Shown: piece after piece, positions 12,001 to 23,000 of the stretch
How positions within the stretch are numbered: the first letter of the stretch is position 1
How the letters are laid out: each line of letters starts with the position of its first letter
Assembly: GCA_001949185.1 (NCBI GenBank)
Contig: BDGG01000004.1
Location: 459,620 to 523,619, forward strand
Length of the DNA: 64,000 nt
Source: Ramazzottius varieornatus
Lineage: Eukaryota; Animalia; Tardigrada
Direction of reading: 5' to 3'
Position numbers and translations under genes: made by a program
The notes under the pieces: generated by a model
Databases searched by the model: none
What the model saw: the letters and a program-made list of their open reading frames with translations, nothing else
What the model was told of the DNA's origin: nothing

Positions 12001-15000
12001 AACAGGTTGTAGCGGAACATATTCCCAGACGAGTCAGCTTCGATGATTACCCAGTGCAGATCAGCCCGTCGGTCTCCGAACTGACACTGTCCAGTCGAGA
12101 GACCACGCTGTGGGTACCCAACGAAGAGGCCGTGGTGGAGGAAACAACACCGACGACGCCCACTTTGGAAATTCAGCCCCGTTCAGCCTATACAGAGTTC
12201 GGTGAGAGTAACCTGCAAGAAGCGGAAGAGACCTCACCGAAGAGGTTGCCCCTGGTACCCGAGTCACCTTATGCAGAGTTTGGTCGACAGAACATCGAAG
12301 ACGCGGAGACGCCAGGTCAAACGGTCTTGGCAGCCAGGAGGACCTCTTATGGTAGCGCGGCACCGGCTATCCGACCGAGCGAGGTGTACACGGAACAGGT
12401 AAAAGACTTTTCGAGAAGGAGGAAACTATTGAAAAAACCATTTACGAAAATACTCACCAGTATCGCACCAGTCTCCTATCCTGGTAATAATTCTTCATCT
12501 TGGTACTTTTGACACACGAATATGAAGCCGGTGTCTTGAGTAAAGTCGTGGTATTTTTCTACATGTTTTCACCATCCATAAGCTGTATGAGTATTTTGAT
12601 GATCAAAAGTGTTGTTGCTTTTTATAGCTCCAAAGCCAGGAGACGCAAATGTCAGCTCCACAAAGGTTCAGCATGACGATGGGTGAGACCGAACACCTGC
12701 AGGAAACCGTCACCGTACAGCACATTGAATCGCCTCGTACTACCGAGTACCTGCCTACTGCTGAACACGCCGAAGAAGGAGCAGTGGAAGTGGACCAGAC
12801 ACTAGACCCGCCACCCGAACGCATCGTTTGCGAATTCCCTCCTCTCGACGAAGGAGCGTTACACCGAGCTCCTACCCAGCAAGACCAAGACGATGAAGAG
12901 CTGAGGCGAGAAACCGACAATGTCCATACTCATGTGCTGGAACAGCCACAGGAGGACTTCATCGTCGAAAATACCCCACTCGATGAAATGGCGTTACGTC
13001 ATTCCCGACATGCAAGTATTGACCTCTCACCTGAACATCTTCCGGATATTCGAGAAGAAACGCGGACAGAGAAGCGTCAAGGCCAACGCGAGGAGCTACA
13101 AGAGTCCGTCGAGGAAACGGAAGTCGACCGTTCGCGTCTACTCGATCAACCGCCCGAGCTCTTTGTCTGTGAGTTTCCTCCTCTCGATGAAGTCGCTCTT
13201 CAGCGTATTCGCCAGGAAGAGATGGACCATTTCATTGCTCAACAAGAACAACGAGCGGAAGACGCAGAGACTTCACTGGAGTCGGACGTTGATCACTCTC
13301 GAGTGATCGATCAACCACCCCAACGATTCGTCTGCGAGTTTCCACCGCTTGATGAAGCCGAGCTACGTCGAATCGAGCTGGAGGATATCCGACGGAAGCC
13401 TTCGGAAGAGATGGAAGGTGTACCTATCATGATGCGCCATGTCCGTTCTGATTCCTTGACCGATACCACCGAGGAGGAGCCAGAAGGTCTAGGACGCGAT
13501 GAAGCTGGAGTTGATGAGCGCCGCTTTGAGGGTGATCGCTCGCAACAGTACGAGCGACGTGACCGGGATGAACATGAGGTGTACGAAGAAAATGTGGTGA
13601 AATATCAAAGCGAAACTCATTCCGAACAAGTAAGTTGACCCGAGTTTGTTTGAGCTAACCTACTGTCTGTTGAATCAATGCCTGATGTCTTCCTTTCAGC
13701 AGGTCCGTGAAGACTTGAGTGAGCATGAGCGGACAGAAGAAACCGTTAGTGTAGAGCGGACCATGCCACCACAACGTTTCGAGCAAAGAGAGGAAGCTGA
13801 AGCTGATGAACTGTTGGACTTCCCGCCCATGGAGCACCACATCCGTCGCGCGCCCAGTGAACATGTCCGGTTCGATGATACCGTTGCTGAACACCGTCTA
13901 CCGTCACCTGAGCGATCCGAACAAAAGGAACAGGTCGAAGAAGAAACTGTTCTTCGACGAACCGAAATTTCACTCACTGCAGACCCCACAGCCGGTAGAC
14001 CCGGTGCGGATCTTGGCGCCGTCATTCTTCGCGACTACGAGGACGATGATGAGCTCGATCGTTTCGCTGAAGAGGAAGCCGAACGCCTCGTCAATGAGGT
14101 CCTCGATAACGATGTTACGTTAATGGAATCTATGACGTCGACATCCAGCAGCTCGCAAGATACACCACGGTACCGCTTCGACTACAGTGTCGACCAGGAA
14201 AGTGGCAGTCCCACACTGACTCGTAGGCATTCCCAGACACACGAGACGTTGACGCGCCAGTCCACCGGTATCTCCACTCAGTCACGCGACTCGACGGACG
14301 TCGAAGCGGAGTCGCCTACGAGAAGCCCTTCACCGAGGCAGGGACGGGTCTTTGAGACGGAAGACAGTCCGCGGACGAACATCGTCGTGGGTACTGTAAC
14401 TAGTCCACAACGACAAGTGGCGCCGACTGAAGAGTACGGGGAACGGACCGAGACAAAGACAACGAGAAGTTCGATCACGCATACTCCGTTGGAATTTAGT
14501 GTGGGTGAAAGCAGGGTGGGAGAAACGGAGGAACCGCAGGTGGTGGAGCAAGTGACCATACGGAGCACTCGGTCGTCCGTGGCTAACAGCCCGGCTAGCC
14601 CTGGACAACGCGAGTTTCCGCCGACAGTGACAAGTCCAGAGGATATTATGCACTACACTATAGAACCCTTCTCGATGAGTAAGTAAAATTCGCTCCTAAC
14701 TTTGCATGTTTTTCGCAAAGTACTCAAATCGGCTGTTTACTGAGGAATACTGGGCTCTTGGAGAGCTGCACCATGTGACATTGGACCAATAAAATAACGC
14801 AGAGAAATGGCCAATAAATAGAACCAATGATGAAAACCCTTGTATTAGGTTTTTGAATCTTAATTTTGTTTTCGGTGAATTACTCCATCTTGACCTGTGT
14901 TGTGTATATCTTACAGCTGAAGAGACAAGTGGAATGACGACATCCCAAACCACTGTTCGCACATCCGTGCGCACCGTTACTTCGGCCACGATCGAAGGCG

Positions 15001-18000
15001 AACCTAACGAAGATGGCGAACAGATCGTTACTCGCGTCACCCGTCAGACCATCACCAAAAGCCCCGCTACTTCCCCTCAGGCCATCGAAAGCCTCCCAGC
15101 TGTCACTCGGTACGCCAGCACCGGACCTGAGATCATCGAAGAAGGCGACAACGAGCGCACAGTCACGCGCGTCACGACTACCACTATCGTCTCTCACCCC
15201 GCGACTACCCACCACGAAATGACGGCGACCTTCCCTCATATCAGCCACACAGAATCCCAGCGAAGCCTCAGCCCTTCTCAACAGCAATTCCAACATTTCG
15301 CTACCGAAACCCTCGGCGACGAAGGTTCTCAAACTATTCAACAATTCCTTCCCGAAGGCGTTGTGGAAATCACTCGAACAGAAAGCCGATCAGATGACAA
15401 AATCATCACATCCGAAAGTCGCACTATTAAACGCGAAAGTGAAAATAATAATGAGTACCGTACTTCGACGACTATCACGAGGTCGACCGTCGTCACACAC
15501 CGAGCGCCTGAACTGGCGGAATCATCGTACGAACGAGCTGAATTAATCGACTATCCTCGTGAAACAACCGAATTGGCTGGCATCGAGAATATCTCGTTCC
15601 AGCACAGTCCTTCAGAATCGCCTTTCCTCGAAGAGCCGGCGGACAGTGTAGAAGTGGACCGAAACATCCCACCTGCCTTGCGTAGTTACCTTCAAAGTAC
15701 AACCGAAAGCGACACCGAGCTCGAAGAACTGGAGCAGCGCGAACCTTCCGAAGAACGAACTCCGCGTGGTGGATCGGCTGACCAACTTACTGGTCTCCCA
15801 TCAGGTCGACCGCGATCGCTCCTACCGACAAGCTCCATCTCAATGCCGAGTTTCGGTTTGGATGACACCGTCACCGAGACTCAACCTGATCTGAACAACC
15901 AGATACGGTCCGTCTCCAACACGTCATTCGGAAGTGACATACCGATGTCCTCAGGAAGAGTTACCAGCGAGTCCAGTCGACAATCAAGTCCTGAATCGCT
16001 AACCGGAAGTGATTTGACCATCCGCAGTGGCTCCAGCGCGACGTTGCGACAAGCTTCACAGTCAATCTCGACTTCTTCGTCGAGCCAGCAATACGAGTCG
16101 GCCTTGGCGTCGCCGAACGACGATTCGTACCACACAGCAAGCGAGAATAAGCAGTCGAGTACGGAGTACGATACGGCAGCCACGGACTTTTCGAGTACGC
16201 CGTACCAAACAGCAGGCGAAGGAGGCTTTAGTTCACCAGGGTCCCGGCAGCTGAGTGCGGTAGGCTCGCCGGTAGGTACTTTATGGCGTCAGGATGACCT
16301 TGAGGTACGTGCAGGAGCTGAAAAGGCGTCGGAAGAAATATCAAAGCTGACGGAAGAAGTTCTGGCCGAATTCGGACAACGTTCCATCAGTAAGTGAACC
16401 ACAGTATCGACGTTAGAAATTTGAGCTATGGGCAGAGTGACTCAGGAATGACGTCATGAAATCTGGTCTGTTGAGAGATCGCGAGCGAGCTCAGGTTTGG
16501 CTTTGATGACGACAGAATGCTGGTTGGTAGTTCGTTAAATCTGCGAGAAAATGTGCCAGTTGACGACACGATAGCGTCAAACATCCACGCCACAGTGCGT
16601 CCGCAATCGCTCAACAAGTCGCATTTTTACCACGTGACACCTGAGTTACTTGGCCCACTACTCATTTACTCTGATTAGATTTCGATCACGAAAACGCGAG
16701 ACTGCTGTATGTAGTGTTTTGGATAACTCGCAGGGTTATCAACTCATAAGAGATCTTTTTTGACGTAGTGTACCAAAGCGAAACTCAAGCTTTGCCATTT
16801 TTATACGGTATTTTTCATGGATTTTTCACTTTGCCGAAGTTGGATGAACAAACAGTTTTCAGTTATTCTGTACAACTTGTAACTTGGTTTTCTGAGTTTT
16901 CACTGTATGTCTGACTCTTTCTGACTTGCCTTCCACAACGTTAACTTTTACAGGCGCGAGTGGTTCCCGACGTCAGCCATCATGGGAAATGATTGGTCCC
17001 GACGACATTAACGAAGTCCGCCAACCTTCCCCGATCGACCTTCACCTCGTTTCAGACGCTGAGTCCGAAGACGATTTCGAGCACATCTCTATCCAAGAGA
17101 TCGCCGAAGTCTCCGCCACCGATCGACCGGCAGAAAGCACCGGCGTTGTCTCCGAGCCTGAAACTGTTTCTCGCCCTGAATCGCAAACAAGCTCACACAC
17201 CACAGATGACACTGTGATTGAGGTTCCCAGTGACACAGTGGCACCTGACCAACAACCCCAACCCATCATCGAAGAAGCAGGTACACCGTCAACCGAACCT
17301 TCTTTTCTTACAGCCCAACAATCCGAACGAGTGACCGAAGAAACGGAGCACACCGAAGACGACACCTTTGACATGCGTCACTCGGTTCCCGGTCGTCGTA
17401 ACCGTACACCCGACCCGACACCCGAACTACCGGAAGAACGTTCTTGGACACGAGCTGACTTTGGCTTCCGACCAACGCTGGGTATGCGTCAGTACTCCGA
17501 GTCGGAGTTCTCCGAAGCCGAACTGCGCGACCTTGCGCGTCGTCCATCGGACGTGTCGATCCAAGACTTGCTCCCGCGACCCATCTCCCCTGAACCCGAG
17601 AGTTCAGCTTCGCCGCAAGTCGACCTGGACCAAGGTATCAACATTCAGTCTACACCTGAGGACGAAGAAGCACCAGAGTACCTTCCACCATTGGAAGACA
17701 TCCAAGAGGAGAAAGAGTCCACCAGTGGTGAGTCAATCAATAACGTGCAGTCACGCAATCGCGAAGTAGCTTCCTCCGCTTCGGGCTCGCTGCAAGAGTT
17801 TGAACGCTTAGAACAGCAAGTGGCTGTTGAGGAGAAGGAAGACCGCAGTGACAGTACAGTTGTAGCACCGGCCACCGCCCTGTACTCACCCGATCAACCC
17901 GAAAGCATGAGCCATTCCGAGTCCAACATTTCCAGCGATACAGCCAGTACCGTTATCGAACGGACACAGAGCGACATGGAAGACGTCGAAAGTCAACACA

Positions 18001-19440
18001 CCGACGGCGACGTGAACGAGTCTGTCGACATCATGTCTGACTCGCTGACCGAACCAGAATTCACCGAACGGCTGCGTGAAACCGTTACCACTCGAACGGT
18101 CCCTGATACCATCATGACTGATTCCTTGACCGACCTCGGTGGTATCACCGATGTTCGCATGAGCGACTCACTTGAGAGTGAAACCATGCGACGAGTGATG
18201 GAGTTCGACGCTAATAACATCATGGCCGATTCCCTGATTGAAGAGCACTTTCCACGGGAAGGCCAGATTGAGATTCCACCGGCTGACATCTTTGGTTCGA
18301 CCGGTGATGTGGTGACAGTCCGACGTTACCTGGTCACAGGTCATCCATCGCTCAACACGGTCAGTTTCTCCGGACCTGACTCTGTCAACCTGATGGAGTC
18401 ATTCTTAATGGAAAACCAAGCCTTGTACCCCGATTTACAAATCTACGAGTCGGAAGAAGAGATTCTTACCAAAGAGACTGAAAATACCACGACCCACGCA
18501 GTGACCACCACGCGTATCGTCAAGCGACGCCAGAGTGACTTGAATACGCATGTGGAGACCGTGACCTTTTCGGGTCACGATTCGGAGCGCGAGATGGCCA
18601 AGTTCTTGTCCCACACCATGCCTCTCGATTTCAACGAGACAGAGATTATTGAGTGTGAGACGCAGGACGAGTCCGGCGATGTAACGCGGACCATGACACG
18701 CCGACTGTCGCGTGTCGATGTAGCGTCAGGGTTCCGGCGGACCTCCTCCGCTTCCCTGACCGGTACCAGTGATATTCCCCAAAGCTCAGCTGCTGATGTA
18801 CCCTCTTCTGCTCATAGCGGTGAAAGCCGAAGTTTCATCCGAACTTCCTCTCAACCAGGTACCCTACTTCAACCTTTCCCGAGTGCATGATACCTGCCAG
18901 CCTGCATCCGCCTTCCTTTGTTACTTCTCACTGCATGATCCGTCCTAAAGAGATAACCCTCATCCCCAAACTTCCAGCATGCATGATATATTCACTCACT
19001 AAACTGCATGACCCTCGCCGGCACACTTGACCACTCGTTGTCAGTTTACGTTAGGCTTTTCAGTTTGTATTCACTTTGAGTTCACCTCACCGTTGACACA
19101 GTTCGCCAACAAGCTTCCGTCGCAAGTTTATGTTACGCTCTAACAGCTTGGCTACAGCTTGCTGAAAGTTGCCAGGTCTTAATGTTGCTTCTTCTGATCG
19201 ATTTGTGTTGTTGCAGAATCGACTGTGATGGCCAGCAGTCTTCCGGAGGAAGAAACCGAAGTCCTTGAAGAGACTGTTGTCAGTAAGTGACCATAGCATC
19301 GTACACGTTCGCACTGTTCAAAGGACTTCTGATCATTACTCTCTCCTGCAGCACACGACGAACCAATTGAGGAAGGATCCGAGGAAGTTGATTTGACGGA
19401 ACATGACGTGAAAGAGCAGCAAAAGCGAATGGAAACCTAA
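1..19440 (+). CDS. Ank2: Giant ankyrin (Ank2/UNC-44-like), 3' part: end of UPA domain, death domain and multi-exon giant C-terminal tail; 5' end lies outside the window
   Basis: Exon 1-95 gives LAFMREAKSGRNDLPQTPICNLSVRLP (ankyrin UPA end). Exon 242-741 gives the death domain (ADVRLHDVADMVGSDWPALAQQLG...AFNMLRRW...GNELEQALKRIGRDDIV). Phase-compatible exons: 824-900, 988-1209, 1368-1817, 1886-2044, 3111-~4600 (donor unclear), 5037-5248, 5315-5465, 5980-6240, 6882-8662, 8830-9471, ~9599-10738, 10983-11217, 11293-12398, 12628-13629, ~13699-14678, 14917-16389, 16954-18858, 19217-19282, 19352-19440 (TAA). The late tail has an SLQEFERLE motif. Confidence 0.9.
1886..2134 (+). other. Composite exon giving a probable short ankyrin isoform (stop ...SAEGKS* at 2053-2055, AATAAA at 2129-2134)
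   Basis: Reading through the donor AAG|GTAAGA gives GGT AAG AGC TGA. An A-rich stretch with AATAAA follows about 75 nt later. Confidence 0.55.
10259..12310 (+). repeat. Coding repeat PxSPYAEFGxENIxEAE (6 good copies plus degenerate copies) in the ankyrin tail
   Basis: Tyr codons at 10364, 10463, 10562 (99-nt period), 10643, 12189 and 12270; degenerate copy at 10277. Confidence 0.9.
10796..10920. mobile_element. MITE-like family A copy in an ankyrin intron
   Basis: gagacgtaggcaaatgaattg...tcgttatctc...gtgcgccacttgggaaa...ttttgcc aligns with the 31771 copy. Confidence 0.65.
12790..13380 (+). repeat. Coding repeat LDQPPxxFVCEFPPLDExxLxR (4 copies) in the ankyrin tail
   Basis: LDPPPERIVCEFPPLDEGALHR, LEQPQEDFIVENTPLDEMALRH, LDQPPELFVCEFPPLDEVALQR and IDQPPQRFVCEFPPLDEAELRR in ORF 12649-13638. 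Confidence 0.9.
18884..19010 (+). promoter_or_regulatory. Cluster of four Rbfox/FOX-1 binding elements (TGCATG) just downstream of the 1.9-kb ankyrin exon
   Basis: TGCATG at 18884, 18932, 18980 and 19005, within 150 nt of the donor at 18859. Confidence 0.7.
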
Positions 19441-20014
19441 GGTACGTCCTCCGACCAATCGTACCGCAGTACCCGAAAAACTGTCTTGAGCGCACGTTGC
19501 TTTCTCGCAGGTGGATCCAAGTAAAGTTGGACATTGCATATTATGCTTTGCATCGGTGCTTTTAACAGAGCTCTCCACCAACTGCGGACTTCTGGACAAT
19601 GCAAATCAATCTTGCTAGTTTGTTACACTTCATGCTTCCTTTTATTTTTCCGGTTTGAGACTTTGCTTTTACGTAGTCAGATTTGGTTGGGGTGTCTTGT
19701 TTGTTTACCATTCTACCCGCATCATAATCACCTTCATCATGCAGCTACTGCTAATCTTACCCATTTCCTCTACTGATACCTAACAAATCTGGTCTTCAAA
19801 GAATATAATTTCTGAAACACTTTACTTTTGCTTGTCTTCAATCTCTTCTTCCCTTTGTCTTCGTAAGAAACACATCTCCCTAACCTCCTCCGTGTTTCAA
19901 CCATGAAGAAAATTTCCAGTCATCGACATCAACCACTGGAAAACTATATTCTTTCTGTCAAACGAAATGCAAGAAGAATAATTTCAACAAAAATCCGGGG
20001 AACAGTACTTCATT

Positions 20015-23000
20015 CTATTTCTTTGCATTTTTCGAGGCGTTCAACGCATTCTTAATATTAGCGTACCTTCCACTACTAACCGTTTCCTCCTCGAACGGCC
20101 AGGGCGTCACGCCTTCCGCGAACCTACTGTTATCCGGTAGGACCTCCACACCCGAGAAAAAGCCTAAATCAGGGACTGAACTAGTCTTCAACAAGGCCGC
20201 TGCCTCTCTCCGTGTCACCGGAGAAGGCGCTATAGCCGAAGAAGACGTTTCGGTCATTTCGAAGCGTTCTTCTGTCTGTGCAGTTTGGACAACGTTACGA
20301 GTAACCACTACCACTTCCCTCTCCATGGCAGCCACCAGCTCTTCTTCATTCTCTGAAGGGGTGGGTGAGGCGGGTGTGGTCGACTCGACGAACTTGACGT
20401 CGGTACCTTCGCCGTCCGACAAGTCCATCTCTTCCGGTTGGGCGTCTGGTGACGCTTCTGGGGAGGGCGAGCGGGCCTCGACGCCTTTGCGGACAGCCTG
20501 AAAAAGTTATCAGCATGTATTGGTCTCTACAGGATTACTCTTGGCTTACCAGTTGTTGGAGGAAGCGCGCGACGGCTTCGTTGGACTGATGCTCGTGTTC
20601 CTTGTCCTTGCGTATTTTCACCAAAGGAGTCTATAAAATACGAAAAGATAGTCAGGCGAAGATAACAACGTAGAAAAAGGCCGAAAAGGGAGATGAGCTG
20701 GAAGAACGGTACGGGACAATTCACAGATGAGAGAAATCTCGCTTTAAAGTCTACAAGACAATGCAGATAAAAGCTACTCCTGTGGTCCAGATATTTTTCC
20801 TTCCCAGTATTAATAACCGGAATAGTCAGCAGGTACTTGTCGACAAGAACTACTTATCACTTATCAATTACCTGTAAAACGTCTTTGGGGTGTGGTGCAG
20901 AAAATCCAGGAAAGACCGGTAATTTGGACAAGTCGTACTTGACTGCAAAACAAAAGCGTCTGGATAAGTTAGAAACATCGCAAAAAGAGTGAAAACCGGT
21001 CTGTAAGGTACACATTACAGTTATGGAAGAATGAAGATTACCTTCCGTGTGAGCGAACTCCTCTTCGGCGTCGCCTTCGTTGAAGAAGGTCAGGCCACAA
21101 CTTTCGACCACACAGTTACGTATCCAGCCGGGCGGGTAACCGCACTCACGCATCCGGAATATCCACGAGGGGACATCTCGACGATCGAGACTTAGAGCTG
21201 TCCTCAGCTGATCACTAAAACCACGCAAACACGTTAAACAACCTTCACCAGGCCGACTATTAAGGTACCATCCACGACAACCCAGTACCTTATGTGGCCA
21301 GGAGCAACATCTGGAAATTCGTCAGGTTTGATCACATCCTCGCTATCCGTTCCTTGTTCGTGATAGCGGCTTCTGGAAGAAAGAAAACAACAACTGATTA
21401 CACCACAGCGCACAGAGAATGTTCTCCGTATTCGAGACCTTAGTAAACCAAAGATCGGCGAACCAAGCTGTCGCAGACCTGCGTGCATGAAGCCATTTAT
21501 TCACAGTGATGCACATGCACACAGGTTCACGAAAGACGGCAGATTTCCTCTTAGAGATCGAAATTCGTTATTCAGAAGTGAAATGAGCACTTACGAGCTT
21601 GAAGAAGTATTACTGTTATGAAATTCTTTGCGTTTCACATTGATGCGGGCAAAGTCGCGCGGCTCGGCGCACTCCATCAACGAATGATTTCCACCGCAGT
21701 TGAAGCACTCTTTCTGTCGTATCGGTGTCTTGGGTGTCGCGTTCTCCAGCCTCACTTCATCTTTCAGTTCCTGAGGCTCGATGTGAAGTTGAGGAATACT
21801 GCTGGCACCAAGACCAAACAAGCTAGCCTTTTTCGAAGGCCTACTAGTAGGGTCTTCTTCGGTTGAAGGCTCCACTGCCAGCGTGTCTACTTCAAAGTGG
21901 TCGTGATACGTGATCGAGACCTGCAACAGGAGTCAAAAGACGTCACAAAGACTCTCAACTAAAGGACCCAAGCACAGCCACGAATAAACGGAAATTAAAA
22001 GTAATTCAGGAGAAAAAGATGCGTACCGGTGCTTCGTCGGTTTTGGCGGTAGCAGCTCGAATCGACGCCATGTTCTGTCGCTCCCTGACAAGGATGCCTT
22101 TGATGACGGTCTGGAAGACATGATTGTACTTGCTGAAAGAACAAAACAAATGCAGTAACCAAGCCATGAAAGTCAGTTACATCCGGTGCAGTTAGGAGAG
22201 TCCATTCTCGTGTGCTCTAGTAAATCCACACTTACTTCGCTATGAAGGAATTCAGAAACTTCACTTCGATAAGTGGTGCATGATCCCCAGTCCTGGATGA
22301 GAAGATTTCTTATCATAATCTACAATAGAAGCAGTCCAAAGACGGAACCCGTCGTCCAACTTACTGATTGTCTTCCTCTTCCTCCACGAAGATCTTCTCT
22401 TCACGCGGTGTTTCCAACGAAGCGAAGCCCAAACCGACGATCGAATCCTTCGCTTCTTCCTCCTCTCTGTCGTGGTCCTTCTTTGCTGTACCTTCAGCGG
22501 AGAACACAAGTAACACCATTAAAATCCCTCTTCCCAAGTTCAGAAGGGACGTTCTTACTTTTCTTCTTTTTGAGTTTTCTGGCCAATGGTTTCTCTCTCT
22601 TTTCGATATCCGTCTGGATTCCCGAATCGCTCGACTTTTCCTTTCTCGCCGACGACACCACATCGCTCTTCTTCTTCTTCACGGCTGAGTATTTTCCGTT
22701 CTCTTCTTCTCTCGAAGCCGATGCACGACTGCCAGGCGAATAGGATCGAATTTCACCTTCTGACAGCGACGCATCATCGTCGTCATTCGTCTTACGCTTC
22801 GTCCTTTCCGTCTTCTCCATGTTCAGTGTCGATGTCTTCTTCTGTTCACTCAATTGCTCTCCATGTATACGCTTCTTCTGATTCTCTGAAAGTTTCAGGG
22901 ACGGGGCATCGCGAGAATCCGACTCAGAGCCACCACCACTTCCGGAAGACAGTTCAATCAAATCAATGGCCTCCCTTGATTGGGGCCGTTTCCGTCGACT

